A program made the position numbers and the translations under genes. The notes under the pieces were generated by a model, which saw only the letters and a program-made list of their open reading frames with translations, ran no database searches and was not told the origin of the DNA. A stretch of 62,052 nucleotides of DNA, the filler included, from Nemertoderma westbladi (Eukaryota; Animalia; Xenacoelomorpha), in NCBI GenBank assembly GCA_032718475.1. It is 3 parts of 3 records of this genome, joined end to end, with 100 filler letters (N's around TTAATTAATTAA, not from the genome) between each part and the next. Parts side by side here need not be neighbours in the genome. Positions count along the whole stretch, not along the records: positions 1 to 31,645 come from JAUCBJ010005247.1; 2 more parts are not named here. The stretch is one strand, 5' to 3'. Shown piece after piece: positions 1-17,100 of the stretch (position 1 is the first letter of the stretch; every line of letters begins with the position of its first letter).

Positions 1-750
1 GCTCATTGGAACATGCTGCTTCTAGTGTTGGTCTTTTTACTAACTCCAAAAAGACCAAAATTTTGAAAGTTAACCTTGAAAGTCCTCAGCAAGTCTCTGA
101 CCGGATGAGCATAAGCTCAAAAGATGGTATGCCTGAGCATGTGGACGACTTCTGTTACCTGGGATCATGGATCCGGAAGTCAGGTGAGGACCTTCGAATA
201 CGTAAGGGAAAGGCATGGGCAGCCTTGAATAGGCTTTCCAGGATTTGGGAGTCACCGAGAATTAATCGGAAACTTAAGGTCCGATTATTTAGAGCAGCAG
301 TAGTTCCAGTACTCCTCTACGGGTGTCCATGCTGGGCTCTAACTGCTCAGGACACCAAATCTCTGGATGGCACATTCACAAGAATGCTACGCCGGGTTCA
401 TTGTGTCAAGTACAATGCACACATCTCCGCCCAGACACTATATAACATTGGAGGTGTCTCATTGGTTCCCCTAAGCTTGACACTAGAACAAAGCCGCCTC
501 CGCTTTGCAGGACATTGCTTTCGCCGTGAGAACCAGCCAGTGCATAATCTTGTACTTTGGCAGCCTCATGGAGTGAATAAGCATGGGGGACAGCCCATGA
601 CTTTCTTTTAGACGCATCTTAAAGGACACTGGCCTTGAAGATGCGGATGATCTAGCAAATGTCATGGGTGATAGGGAGTTGGGCGGAGCGATTTTGTCAA
701 CAAGCCGGCACAGCATTCTTAATATATATGTAATATATATATATATATAT
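1..750 (+). mobile_element. 3' end of an RTE-like non-LTR retrotransposon (RT thumb/C-terminal region), frameshifted near its end, with (TA)n tail
   Basis: ORF 6-611 reads VDDFCYLGSWI...RIRKGKAWAALNRLSRIW...KLKVRLFRAAVVPVLLYGCPCW...RLRFAGHCFR, typical of LINE RT C-termini. After a +1 shift at ~610 it continues ILKDTGLEDADDLANVMGDREL. TA-rich tail at ~721-750. Confidence 0.85.
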
Positions 751-1009
751 ACAATGAGGCTGCAATTCCGCATGCCGATCGTAGTAGTAGAAACTATATC
801 AGTTAAAAATACAACAGGTGCATCGTTCTTATAAACAGATTATTAGTTTACAATTTAACTATAACATACAACGATTATTAACATAATACGAAAGATTCGG
901 TAATTATTATTTAGATTACATTACACGTACTATTTCTGCTTTGGAAGAAATAAAATATAATACAGAATAATATCAATATATATAATATATATAAAATGTA
1001 ATTACAATA

Positions 1010-1318
1010 CTACAGTCCATTAAAGGCGGCCAATATCTTTTCCACATCAAAATTAAAAGGATAAAAAATATTAAAATCACGATTAAAAGGCATGGAAGCC
1101 TGGATGGAGGGTCTGTTTAAACCAGGGCTCTGATTGGTCGGCCACAAGGCACCGCGACCTCTACCACGCCCCCTACCGGGTCCAGCCCGTACTGCTAACT
1201 CTCTCCTTGGCAAGGTCTTTTGGTCTCCAGCCACTATTCGTTTTGGCTCAACAGACGCAATGGGATGGTGGTTGCTAAGCGACTGCCGATTAGACTCCTT
1301 CGGTTGACCGCGTGGTTT
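1010..1318 (-). CDS. Probable terminal coding exon of an unknown gene (RG-repeat, low complexity)
   Basis: Minus-strand acceptor TTTTTTTCCATAG| at 1319-1320. Phase-0 open frame KPRGQPKESNRQSL...GPGRGRGRGRG...NGL* ends at 1010, followed by AT-rich UTR-like sequence. QPKESN echoes the QPEESN repeats of the exon at 26572-27062. Confidence 0.5.
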   Translation of the reverse strand, partial: KPRGQPKESNRQSLSNHHPIASVEPKRIVAGDQKTLPRRELAVRAGPGRGRGRGRGALWPTNQSPGLNRPSIQASMPFNRDFNIFYPFNFDVEKILAAFNGL

Positions 1319-2108
1319 CTATGGAAAAAAATGTACCTCGGTAAGTAAATAATTTCTTAAATTAATTTTATTAATTTCGAATTTCTAAATTTTATTAATT
1401 ACATTTCGGTCATCATTTGAATGGCGAAACCGTCGACCAGCTGATCACTCAATGCATGCAACTACTGGGTCATCAGTTGTTATTTAACTTCGTAAAATAA
1501 TTAATACGTAAAATACATGTCCTAACAGAGGAACATTACCCCAGGTCTATTATTTTTATTTATGAAGCTACTATTCTGAAACTTTAACAAAATGATCTGT
1601 GATCTTTTACTATAATGAACACTGAGTATGGTCAACACAGTAAATCGTAAATATCGTAAATCCGTTTGTAATATGGCACTTTTTGTGCAGGTCGGTTTTT
1701 TCAAAATTGTATATATTTTGAGGCTTTTATATTAATGTAAAATATATATTATTTAAGGATCAGTAATACCAACGGGTTGAAGTTCTCAGTCCATGAGTTT
1801 GGCACAATGGGCATAGATATTTAGACCATCTTTTATTAAAATTGCAGCATGAAATTATTGTTTTTGAAGAATTTATGGTGGTCTTAGTACGATCTGACTA
1901 TATTTTGCGCAACAAGGGTAACAGTTACAAAATCGGTTCCAGAACATCCAAATTGCCTTGTTTTACAAACCACAATACTCACGACTGTAGCCATAAACCT
2001 GCTGAAAATTTTGGTATATGTTTGATGACAATAATTGTGCAAAAAATAAAAAGTAGTTAGGGAATTTAGTGATGAAAAAAGCCAAAATCGACAAACTGAG
2101 AAAAAGGT

Positions 2109-5100
2109 AGAGTACAAATATACAGAGTAAATTATATACAAATATACAGAAAGTCAAGAGTATATACAAATATACAGAGAGTCAAGAGTATATACAAATA
2201 TACAGAGAGTCTAGAGTACAAATATACAGAGTAAATTATATACAAATATACAGAAAGTCAAGAGTATATACAAATATACAGAGAGTCAAGAGTATATACA
2301 AATATACAGAGAGTCTAGAGTACAAATATACAGAGTAAATTATTTACAAATATACTGAGAGTCTAGAGTATATACAAATATACAGAGAGTCTAGAGTACA
2401 AATATACAGAGTAAATTATATACAAATATACAGAAAGTCAAGAGTATATACAAATATACAGAGAGTCAAGAGTATATACAAATATACAGAGAGTCTAGAG
2501 TACAAATATACAGAGTAAATTATTTACAAATATACTGAGAGTCTAGAGTATATACAAATATACAGAGAGTCTAGTGTACAAATATACAGAGAGTCTAGTG
2601 TACAAATATACAGAGTAAATTTTATACAAATATACAGAGAGTCAAGAGTATATACAAATATACAGAGAGTCAAGAGTATATTTCCACTACACAGAGAGTC
2701 TAGAGTATATACAAATATACAGAGTCTAGAGTATATACAAATATACAGAGAGTCTAGAGTATATACAAATACACAGAGCGTCTAGAGTATATACAAATAT
2801 TCAGAGTAAATTAAATACAAATATACAGAGTAAATTAAATACAAATATACAGAGAGTCAAGAGTATATACAAATATACAGAGAGTCAAGAGTATATACAA
2901 ATATACAGAGAGTCTAGAGTATATACAAATATACAGAGAGTCTAGAGTATATACAAATATACAGAGAGTCAAGAGTATATACAAATATTCAGAGTAAATT
3001 AAATACAAATATACAGAGTAAATTAAATACAAATACACAGAGCGTCTAGAGTATATACAAATATACAGAGAGTCTAGAGTATATACAAATATACAGAGTC
3101 TAGAGTATATACAAATATACAGAGAGTCTAGAGTATATACAAATATACAGAGAGTCAAGAGTATATACAAATATTCAGAGTAAATTAAATACAAATATAC
3201 AGAGTAAATTATATACAAATATACAGAGAGTCTAGAGTATATACAAATATACAGAGAGTCTAGAGTATATACAAATATACAGAGAGTCAAGAGTATATTT
3301 CCACTACACAGAGCGTCTAGAGTATATACAAATATACAGAGTCTAGAGTATATACAAATATACAGAGAGTCTAGAGTATATACAAATATACTGAGAGCTA
3401 GAGTATATACAAATATACAGAGAGTCAAGAGTATATTTCCACTACACAGAGCGTCTAGAGTATATACAAATATACAGAGTCTAGAGTATATACAAATATA
3501 CAGAGAGTCTAGAGTATATACAAATATACAGAGTCTAGAGTATATACAAATATTCAGAGAGTCTAGAGTATATACAAATATACAGAGAGTCTAGAGTACA
3601 AATATACAGAGTAAATTATTTACAAATATACTGAGAGCTAGAGTATATACAAATATACAGAGAGTCAAGAGTATATTTCCACTACACAGAGCGTCTAGAG
3701 TATATACAAATATACAGAGTCTAGAGTATATACAAATATACAGAGAGTCTAGAGTATATACAAATATACAGAGTCTAGAGTATATACAAATATACAGAGA
3801 GTCAAGAGTATATACAAATATACAGAGAGTGAAGAGTATATACAAATATACAGAGAGTCTAGAGTATATACAAATATACTGAGAGTCTAGAGTATATACA
3901 AATATACAGAGAGTCAAGAGTATATACAAATATACAGAGAGTGAAGAGTATATACAAATATACAGAGAGTGAAGAGTATATACAAATATACAGAGAGTCT
4001 AGAGTATATACAAATATACTGAGAGTCTAGAGTATATACAAATATACAGAGAGTCAAGAGTATATACAAATATACAGAGAGTGAAGAGTATATACAAATA
4101 TACAGAGAGTCTAGAGTATATACAAATATACTGAGAGTCTAGAGTATATACAAATATACAGAGAGTCTAGAGTATATACAAATATACAGAGTCTAGAGTA
4201 TATACAAATATACAGAGAGTCAAGAGTATATACAAATATACAGAGAGTGAAGAGTATATACAAATATACAGAGAGTCTAGAGTATATACAAATATACTGA
4301 GAGTCTAGAGTATATACAAATATACAGAGAGTCAAGAGTATATACAAATATACAGAGAGTCTAGAGTATATACAAATATACTGAGAGTCTAGAGTATATA
4401 CAAATATACAGAGAGTCTAGAGTACAAATATACAGAGTAAATTATTTACAAATATACTGAGAGTCTAGAGTATATACAAATATACTGAGAGTCTAGAGTA
4501 TATACAAATATACAGAGAGTCTAGAGTACAAATATACAGAGTAAATTATTTACAAATATACTGAGAGTCTAGAGTATATACAAATATACAGAGAGTCTAG
4601 TGTACAAATATACAGAGAGTCTAGTGTACAAATATACAGAGTAAATTTTATACAAATATACAGAGAGTGAAGAGTATATACAAATATACAGAGAGTCTAG
4701 AGTATATACAAATATACTGAGAGTCTAGAGTATATACAAATATACAGAGAGTCAAGAGTATATACAAATATACAGAGAGTGAAGAGTATATACAAATATA
4801 CAGAGAGTCTAGAGTATATACAAATATACTGAGAGTCTAGAGTATATACAAATATACAGAGAGTCTAGAGTATATACAAATATACAGAGTCTAGAGTATA
4901 TACAAATATACAGAGAGTCAAGAGTATATACAAATATACAGAGAGTGAAGAGTATATACAAATATACAGAGAGTCTAGAGTATATACAAATATACTGAGA
5001 GTCTAGAGTATATACAAATATACAGAGAGTCAAGAGTATATACAAATATACAGAGAGTCTAGAGTATATACAAATATACTGAGAGTCTAGAGTATATACA

Positions 5101-8100
5101 AATATACAGAGAGTCTAGAGTACAAATATACAGAGTAAATTATTTACAAATATACTGAGAGTCTAGAGTATATACAAATATACAGAGAGTCTAGTGTACA
5201 AATATACAGAGAGTCTAGTGTACAAATATACAGAGTAAATTTTATACAAATATACAGAGAGTCAAGAGTATATACAAATATACAGAGAGTCAAGAGTATA
5301 TTTCCACTACACAGAGAGTCTAGAGTATATACAAATATACAGAGTCTAGAGTATATACAAATATACAGAGAGTCTAGAGTATATACAAATACACAGAGCG
5401 TCTAGAGTATATACAAATATTCAGAGTAAATTAAATACAAATATACAGAGTAAATTAAATACAAATATACAGAGAGTCAAGAGTATATACAAATATACAG
5501 AGAGTCAAGAGTATATACAAATATACAGAGAGTCTAGAGTATATACAAATATACAGAGAGTCTAGAGTATATACAAATATACAGAGAGTCAAGAGTATAT
5601 ACAAATATTCAGAGTAAATTAAATACAAATATACAGAGTAAATTAAATACAAATACACAGAGCGTCTAGAGTATATACAAATATACAGAGAGTCTAGAGT
5701 ATATACAAATATACAGAGTCTAGAGTATATACAAATATACAGAGAGTCTAGAGTATATACAAATATACAGAGAGTCAAGAGTATATACAAATATTCAGAG
5801 TAAATTAAATACAAATATACAGAGTAAATTATATACAAATATACAGAGAGTCTAGAGTATATACAAATATACAGAGAGTCTAGAGTATATACAAATATAC
5901 AGAGAGTCAAGAGTATATTTCCACTACACAGAGCGTCTAGAGTATATACAAATATACAGAGTCTAGAGTATATACAAATATACAGAGAGTCTAGAGTATA
6001 TACAAATATACTGAGAGCTAGAGTATATACAAATATACAGAGAGTCAAGAGTATATTTCCACTACACAGAGCGTCTAGAGTATATACAAATATACAGAGT
6101 CTAGAGTATATACAAATATACAGAGAGTCTAGAGTATATACAAATATACAGAGTCTAGAGTATATACAAATATTCAGAGAGTCTAGAGTATATACAAATA
6201 TACAGAGAGTCTAGAGTATATACAAATATACAGAGTAAATTAAATACAAATATACAGAGTAAATTATATACAAATATACTGAGAGTCAAGAGTATATACA
6301 AATATACAGAGTCTAGAGTATATACAAATATACAGAGAGTCTAGAGTATATACAAATATACAGAGAGTCAAGAGTATATACAAATATACAGAGAGTCAAG
6401 AGTATATACAAATATACAGAGAGTCTAGAGTATATACAAATATACAGAGTCTAGAGTACAAATATACAGAGTAAATTAAATACAAATATACAGAGTAAAT
6501 TATATACAAATATACTGAGAGTCAAGAGTATATACAAATATACAGAGTCTAGAGTATATACAAATATACAGAGAGTCTAGAGTACAAATATACAGAGTAA
6601 ATTAAATACAAATATACAGAGTAAATTATATACAAATATACTGAGAGTCAAGAGTATATACAAATATACAGAGAGTCTAGAGTACAAATATACAGAGTAA
6701 ATTAAATACAAATATACAGAGAGTCAAGAGTATATACAAATATACAGAGCGTCTAGAGTATATACAAATATACAGAGAGTCAAGAGTATATACAAATACA
6801 CAGAGCGTCTAGAGTATATACAAATATACAGAGAGTCAAGAGTATATACAAATATACAGAGAGTCTAGAGTACAAATATACAGAGTAAATTAAATACAAA
6901 TATACAGAGTAAATTATATACAAATATACAGAGAGTCAAGAGTATATACAAATATACAGAGAGTCTAGAGTATATACAAATATACAGAGAGTCTAGAGTA
7001 TATACAAATATACAGAGAGTCTAGAGTACAAATATACAGAGTAAATTAAATACAAATATACAGAGTAAATTATATACAAATATACAGAGAGTCAAGAGTA
7101 TATACAAATACACAGAACGTCTAGAGTATATACAAATATACAGAGAGTCAAGAGTATATACAAATATACAGAGAGTCTAGAGTATATACAAATATACAGA
7201 GAGTCTAGAGTACAAATATACAGAGTAAATTAAATACAAATATACAGAGTAAATTATATACAAATATACAGAGAGTCAAGAGTATATACAAATACACAGA
7301 GCGTCTAGAGTATATACAAATATACAGAGTCTAGAGTATATACAAATATACAGAGAGTCTAGAGTATATACAAATATACTGAGAGTTTAGAGTACAAATA
7401 TACAGAGTAAATTAAATACAAATATACAGAGAGTCTAGAGTATATACAAATATACAGAGAGTCTAGAGTATATACAAATATACTGAGAGTTTAGAGTACA
7501 AATATACAGAGTAAATTAAATACAAATATACAGAGAGTCAAGAGTATATACAAATATACAGAGAGTCTAGAGTATATACAAATATACAGAGTCTAGAGTA
7601 TATACAAATATACAGAGAGTCTAGAGTATATACAAATATACAGAGTCTAGAGTATAAACAAATATACAGAGAGTCTAGAGTATATACAAATATACAGAGA
7701 GTCAAGAGTATATACAAATATACAGAGAGTCTAGAGTATATACAAATACACAGAGCGTCTAGAGTATATACAAATATACAGAGTAAATTAAATACAAATA
7801 TACAGAGAGTCAAGAGTATATACAAATACACAGAGAGTCTAGAGTATATACAAATATACAGAGAGTCAAGAGTATATACAAATATACAGAGAGTCTAGAG
7901 TATATACAAATATACTGAGAGTCTAGAGTATATACAAATATACTGAGAGTCTAGAGTATATACAAATATACAGAGAGTCAAGAGTATATACATATATACA
8001 GAGAGTCAAGAGTATATACAAATATACAGAGAGTCTAGAGTATATACAAATATACTGAGAGTCTAGAGTATATACAAATACACAGAGAGTCTAGAGTATA

Positions 8101-11100
8101 TACAAATATACAGAGTCTAGAGTATATACAAATATACTGAGCGTCTAGAGTATATACAAATATACAGAGAGTCTAGAGTATATACAAATATACTGAGAGT
8201 CTAGAGTATATACAAATATACAGAGAGTCAAGAGTATATACAAATATACAGAGAGTCAAGAGTATATACAAATATACAGAGAGTCTAGAGTATATACAAA
8301 TATACAGAGAGTCTAGAGTATATACAAATATACAGAGAGTCAAGAGTATATACAAATATACAGAGAGTCAAGAGTATATACAAATATACAGAGTCTAGAG
8401 TATATACAAATATACTGAGAGTCTAGAGTACAAATATACAGAGTAAATTAAATACAAATATACAGAGTAAATTATATACAAATATACAGAGAGTCTAGAG
8501 TATATACAAATATACAGAGAGTCTAGAGTATATACAAATATACAGAGTCTAGAGTATATACAAATATACTGAGAGTCTAGAGTACAAATATACAGAGTAA
8601 ATTAAATACAAATATACAGAGTAAATTATATACAAATATACAGAGTCTAGAGTATATACAAATATACAGAGAGTCAAGAGTATATACAAATATACAGAGA
8701 TTCTAGAGCATATACAAATATACTGAGAGTCTAGAGTACAAATATACAGAGTAAATTAAATACAAATATACAGAGTAAATTATATACAAATATACAGAGA
8801 GTCTAGAGTATATACAAATATACAGAGAGTCTAGAGTATATACAAATATACAGAGTCTAGAGTATATACAAATATACTGAGAGTCTAGAGTACAAATATA
8901 CAGAGTAAATTAAATACAAATATACAGAGTAAATTATATACAAATATACTGAGAGTCTAGAGTATATACAAATATACAGAGAGTCTAGAGTATATACAAA
9001 TATACAGAGTCTAGAGTATATACAAATATACTGAGAGTCTAGAGTACAAATATACAGAGTAAATTAAATACAAATATACAGAGTAAATTATATACAAATA
9101 TACAGAGAGTCTAGAGTATATACAAATACACAGAGCGTCTAGAGTATATACAAATATACAGAGTCTAGAGTATATACAAATATACAGAGAGTCTAGAGTA
9201 TATACAAATATACAGAGAGTCTAGAGTATATACAAATACACAGAGCGTCTAGAGTATATACAAATATACAGAGTAAATTAAATACAAATATACAGAGTAA
9301 ATTATATACAAATATACAGAGAGTCTAGAGTATATACAAATACACAGAGCGTCTAGAGTATATACAAATATACAGAGTCTAGAGTATATACAAATATACA
9401 GAGAGTCTAGAGTATATACAAATATACAGAGTCTAGAGTATATACAAATATACTGAGAGTCTAGAGTACAAATATACAGAGTAAATTAAATACAAATATA
9501 CAGAGTAAATTATATACAAATATACAGAGAGTCTAGAGTATATACAAATACACAGAGCGTCTAGAGTATATACAAATATACAAAGTCTAGAGTATATACA
9601 AATATACAGAGAGTCTAGAGTATATACAAATATACTGAGAGTTTAGAGTACAAATATACAGAGTAAATTAAATACAAATATACAGAGTAAATTATATACA
9701 AATATACAGAGTCTAGAGTATATACAAATATACAGAGAGTCTAGAGTATATACAAATATACTGAGAGTCTAGAGTATATACAAATATACAGAGAGTCTAG
9801 AGTATATACAAATATACAGAGAGTCTAGAGTATATATATACAAATACACAGAGCGTCTAGAGTATATACAAATATACAGAGTAAATTAAATACAAATATA
9901 CAGAGTAAATTATATACAAATATACTGAGAGTCTAGAGTATATACAAATATACAGAGAGTCTAGAGTATATACAAATATACAGAGAGTCTACAGTATATA
10001 CAAATATACTGAGAGTCTAGAGTACAAATATACAGAGTAAATTAAATACAAATATACAGAGTAAATTATATACAAATATACTGAGAGTCTAGAGTATATA
10101 CAAATATACAGAGTCTAGAGTATATACAAATATACAGAGTCTAGAGTATATACAAATATACAGAGAGTCTAGAGTATATACAAATATACAGAGTCTAGAG
10201 TATATACAAATATACAGAGTCTAGAGTATATACAAATATACAGAGAGTCTAGAGTATATACAAATATACTGAGAGTCTAGAGTATATACAAATATACAGA
10301 GAGTCAAGAGTATATACAAATATACAGAGAGTCTAGAGTACAAATATACAGAGTAAATTAAATACAAATATACAGAGTAAATTATATACAAATATACTGA
10401 GAGTCTAGAGTATATACAAATATACAGAGAGTCAAGAGTATATACAAATATACAGAGAGTCTAGAGTACAAATATACAGAGTAAATTAAATACAAATATA
10501 CAGAGTAAATTATATACAAATATACTGAGAGTCTAGAGTATATACAAATATACAGAGTCTAGAGTATATACAAATATACAGAGAGTCTAGAGTATATACA
10601 AATATACAGAGTCTAGAGTATATACAAATATACAGAGTCTAGAGTATATACAAATATACAGAGTCTAGAGTATATACAAATATACAGAGAGTCTAGAGTA
10701 TATACAAATATACAGAGTCTAGAGTATATACAAATATACAGAGTCAAGAGTATATACAAATATACAGAGAGTCTAGAGTATATACAAATATACAGAGAGT
10801 CTAGAGTATATACAAATATACAGAGAGTCAAGAGTATTTACAAATATACAGAGAGTCTAGAGTATATACAAATATACAGAGAGTCTAGAGTATATACAAA
10901 TATACTGAGAGTCTAGAGTATATACAAATATACAGAGAGTCAAGAGTATATACAAATATACAGAGAGTCAAGAGTATATACAAATATACAGAGAGTCTAG
11001 AGTATATACAAATATACAGAGAGTCTAGAGTATATACAAATATACAGAGAGTCAAGAGTATATACAAATATACAGAGAGTCAAGAGTATATACAAATATA

Positions 11101-14100
11101 CAGAGTCTAGAGTATATACAAATATACTGAGAGTCTAGAGTACAAATATACAGAGTAAATTAAATACAAATATACAGAGTAAATTATATACAAATATACA
11201 GAGAGTCTAGAGTATATACAAATATACAGAGAGTCTAGAGTATATACAAATATACAGAGTCTAGAGTATATACAAATATACTGAGAGTCTAGAGTACAAA
11301 TATACAGAGTAAATTAAATACAAATATACAGAGTAAATTATATACAAATATACAGAGTCTAGAGTATATACAAATATACAGAGAGTCAAGAGTATATACA
11401 AATATACAGAGATTCTAGAGCATATACAAATATACTGAGAGTCTAGAGTACAAATATACAGAGTAAATTAAATACAAATATACAGAGTAAATTATATACA
11501 AATATACAGAGAGTCTAGAGTATATACAAATATACAGAGAGTCTAGAGTATATACAAATATACAGAGTCTAGAGTATATACAAATATACTGAGAGTCTAG
11601 AGTACAAATATACAGAGTAAATTAAATACAAATATACAGAGTAAATTATATACAAATATACTGAGAGTCTAGAGTATATACAAATATACAGAGAGTCTAG
11701 AGTATATACAAATATACAGAGTCTAGAGTATATACAAATATACTGAGAGTCTAGAGTACAAATATACAGAGTAAATTAAATACAAATATACAGAGTAAAT
11801 TATATACAAATATACAGAGAGTCTAGAGTATATACAAATACACAGAGCGTCTAGAGTATATACAAATATACAGAGTCTAGAGTATATACAAATATACAGA
11901 GAGTCTAGAGTATATACAAATATACAGAGAGTCTAGAGTATATACAAATACACAGAGCGTCTAGAGTATATACAAATATACAGAGTAAATTAAATACAAA
12001 TATACAGAGTAAATTATATACAAATATACAGAGAGTCTAGAGTATATACAAATACACAGAGCGTCTAGAGTATATACAAATATACAGAGTCTAGAGTATA
12101 TACAAATATACAGAGAGTCTAGAGTATATACAAATATACAGAGTCTAGAGTATATACAAATATACTGAGAGTCTAGAGTACAAATATACAGAGTAAATTA
12201 AATACAAATATACAGAGTAAATTATATACAAATATACAGAGAGTCTAGAGTATATACAAATACACAGAGCGTCTAGAGTATATACAAATATACAGAGTCT
12301 AGAGTATATACAAATATACAGAGAGTCTAGAGTATATACAAATATACTGAGAGTTTAGAGTACAAATATACAGAGTAAATTAAATACAAATATACAGAGT
12401 AAATTATATACAAATATACAGAGTCTAGAGTATATACAAATATACAGAGAGTCTAGAGTATATACAAATATACTGAGAGTCTAGAGTATATACAAATATA
12501 CAGAGAGTCTAGAGTATATACAAATATACAGAGAGTCTAGAGTATATACAAATACACAGAGCGTCTAGAGTATATACAAATATACAGAGTAAATTAAATA
12601 CAAATATACAGAGTAAATTATATACAAATATACTGAGAGTCTAGAGTATATACAAATATACAGAGAGTCTAGAGTATATACAAATATACAGAGAGTCTAC
12701 AGTATATACAAATATACTGAGAGTCTAGAGTACAAATATACAGAGTAAATTAAATACAAATATACAGAGTAAATTATATACAAATATACTGAGAGTCTAG
12801 AGTATATACAAATATACAGAGTCTAGAGTATATACAAATATACAGAGTCTAGAGTATATACAAATATACAGAGAGTCTAGAGTATATACAAATATACAGA
12901 GTCTAGAGTATATACAAATATACAGAGTCTAGAGTATATACAAATATACAGAGAGTCTAGAGTATATACAAATATACTGAGAGTCTAGAGTATATACAAA
13001 TATACAGAGAGTCAAGAGTATATACAAATATACAGAGAGTCTAGAGTACAAATATACAGAGTAAATTAAATACAAATATACAGAGTAAATTATATACAAA
13101 TATACTGAGAGTCTAGAGTATATACAAATATACAGAGAGTCAAGAGTATATACAAATATACAGAGAGTCTAGAGTACAAATATACAGAGTAAATTAAATA
13201 CAAATATACAGAGTAAATTATATACAAATATACTGAGAGTCTAGAGTATATACAAATATACAGAGTCTAGAGTATATACAAATATACAGAGAGTCTAGAG
13301 TATATACAAATATACAGAGTCTAGAGTATATACAAATATACAGAGTCTAGAGTATATACAAATATACAGAGTCTAGAGTATATACAAATATACAGAGAGT
13401 CTAGAGTATATACAAATATACAGAGTCTAGAGTATATACAAATATACAGAGTCAAGAGTATATACAAATATACAGAGAGTCTAGAGTATATACAAATATA
13501 CAGAGAGTCTAGAGTATATACAAATATACAGAGAGTCAAGAGTATTTACAAATATACAGAGAGTCTAGAGTACAAATATACAGAGTAAATTATATACAAA
13601 TATACTGAGAGTCTAGAGTATATACAAATATACAGAGAGTCTAGAGTATATACAAATATACAGAGTCTAGAGTATATACAAATATACAGAGTCTAGAGTA
13701 TATACAAATATACAGAGTCTAGAGTATATACAAATATACAGAGAGTCTAGAGTATATACAAATATACAGAGAGTCAAGAGTATATACAAATATACAGAGA
13801 GTCAAGAGTATTTACATATATACAGAGAGTCTAGAGTACAAATATACAGAGTAAATTATATACAAATATACTGAGAGTCTAGAGTATATACAAATACACA
13901 GAGCGTCTAGAGTATATACAAATATACAGAGAGTCTAGAGTATATACAAATATACAGAGAGTCAAGAGTATATACAAATATACAGAGAGTGAAGAGTATA
14001 TACAAATATACAGAGAGTCAAGAGTATATACAAATATACAGAGAGTCTAGAGTATATACAAATATACAGAGTCTAGAGTATATACAAATATACAGAGAGT

Positions 14101-17100
14101 CTAGAGTTTATACAAATATACTGAGAGTCTAGAGTATATACAAATATACAGAGAGTCAAGAGTATATACAAATGTACAGAGAGTCAAGAGTATATACAAA
14201 TATACAGAGAGTCAAGAGTATATACAAATATACAGAGAGTCTAGAGTACAAATATACAGAGTAAATTAAATACAAATATACAGAGAAAATTATATACAAA
14301 TATACTGAGAGTCAAGAGTATATACAAATATACAGAGAGTCTAGAGTATATACAAATATACAGAGTCTAGAGTATATACAAATATACAGAGTCTAGAGTA
14401 CAAATATACAGAGAGTCTAGAGTATATACAAATATACAGAGTCTAGAGTATATACAAATATACAGAGTCTAGAGTATATACAAATATACAGAGTCTAGAG
14501 TACAAATATACAGAGAGTCTAGAGTATATACAAATATACAGAGAGTCTAGAGTATATACAAATATACAGAGAGTCTAGAGTATATACAAATATACAGAGT
14601 CTAGAGTATATACAAATATACAGAGTCTAGAGTATATACAAATATACAGAGAGTCTAGAGTATATACAAATATACAGAGAGTCAAGAGTATATACAAATA
14701 TACAGAGAGTCAAGAGTATATACAAATATACAGAGAGTCTAGAGTATATACAAATATACAGAGAGTCTAGAGTATATACAAATATACAGAGAGTCAAGAG
14801 TATATACAAATATACAGAGAGTCAAGAGTATATACAAATATACAGAGAGTCAAGAGTATATACAAATATACAGAGAGTCAAGAGTATATACAAATATACA
14901 GAGAGTCTAGAGTACAAATATACAGAGTAAATTAAATACAAATATACAGAGAGTCTAGAGTATATACAAATATACAGAGAGTCTAGAGTATATACAAATA
15001 TACAGAGAGTCTAGAGTATATACAAATATACAGAGAGTCTAGAGTATATACAAATATACAGAGAGTCAAGAGTATATACAAATATACAGAGAGTCTAGAG
15101 TATATACAAATATACAGAGAGTCAAGAGTATATACAAATATACAGAGAGTCAAGAGTATATACAAATATACAGAGAGTCTAGAGTATATACAAATATTCA
15201 GAGAGTCTAGAGTACAAATTTACAGAGTAATTTAAATACAAATATAGAGAGAATCAAGAGTATATACAAATATACAGAGAGTCTAGAGTATATACAAATA
15301 TACAGAGAGTCTAGAGTATATAAAAATATACAGAGTCTAGAGTACAAATATACAGAGTAATTTAAATACAAATATACAGAGAGTCAAGAGTATATACAAA
15401 TATACAGAGAGTCTAGATTATATACAAATATTCAGAGAGTCTAGAAAATATACAAATATACAGAGAGTCTAGAGTATATACAAATATACAGAGTAAATTA
15501 TATACAAATATACAGAGAGTCTAGAGTATATACAAATATACAGAGAGTCTAGAGTATATACAAATATACAGAGAGTCTAGAGTAGAAATATACAGAGTAA
15601 ATTATATACAAATATACAGAGAATCAAGAGTATATACAAATATACAGAGAGTCTAGATTATATACAAATATTCAGAGAGTCTAGAAAATATACAAATATA
15701 CAGAGAGTCTAGAGTATATACAAATATACAGAGTAAATTATATACAAATATACAGAGAGTCTAGAGTATATACAAATATACAGAGAGTCTAGAGTATATA
15801 CAAATATACAGAGAGTCTAGAGTATATACAAATATACAGAGAGCCTAGAGTATATACAAATATACAGAGAGTCTAGAGTATATACAAATATACAGAGTCT
15901 AGAGTATATACAAATATACAGAGAGTCTAGAGTATATACAAATATACAGAGAGTCTAGAGTATATACAAATATACAGAGAGTCTAGAGTATATACAAATA
16001 TACAGAGAGTCTAGAGTACAAATATACAGAGTAAATTATATACAAATATACAGAGAGTCAAGAGTATATACAAATATACAGAGCGTCTAGAGTATATACA
16101 AATATACAGAGAGTCAAGAGTATATACAAATATACAGAGAGTCTAGAGTATATACAAATATACAGAGAGTCTAGAGTATATACAAATATACAGAGAGTCT
16201 AGAGTATATACAAATATACAGAGAGTCTAGAGTAGAAATATACAGAGTAAATTATATACAAATATACAGAGAATCAAGAGTATATACAAATATACAGAGA
16301 GTCTAGATTATATACAAATATTCAGAGAGTCTAGAAAATATACAAATATACAGAGAGTCTAGAGTATATACAAATATACAGAGTAAATTATATACAAATA
16401 TACAGAGAGTCTAGAGTATATACAAATATACAGAGAGTCTAGAGTATATACAAATATACAGAGAGTCTAGAGTATATACAAATATACAGAGAGCCTAGAG
16501 TATATACAAATATACAGAGAGTCTAGAGTATATACAAATATACAGAGTCTAGAGTATATACAAATATACAGAGAGTCTAGAGTATATACAAATATACAGA
16601 GAGTCTAGAGTATATACAAATATACAGAGAGTCTAGAGTATATACAAATATACAGAGAGTCTAGAGTACAAATATACAGAGTAAATTATATACAAATATA
16701 CAGAGAGTCAAGAGTATATACAAATATACAGAGCGTCTAGAGTATATACAAATATACAGAGAGTCAAGAGTATATACAAATATACAGAGAGTCTAGAGTA
16801 TATACAAATATACAGAGAGTCAAGAGTATATACAAATATACAGAGAGTCTTGAGTATATACAAATATACAGAGAGTCTAGAGTATATACAAATATACAGA
16901 GAGTCTAGAGTATATACAAATATACAGAGAGTCTAGAGTACAAATATACAGAGTAAATTATATACAAATATACAGAGAGTCTAGAGTATATACAAATATA
17001 CAGAGAGTCTAGAGTATATACAAATATACAGAGAGTCAAGAGCATATACAAATATACAGAGAGTCTAGAGTATATACAAATATACAGAGTCTAGAGTATA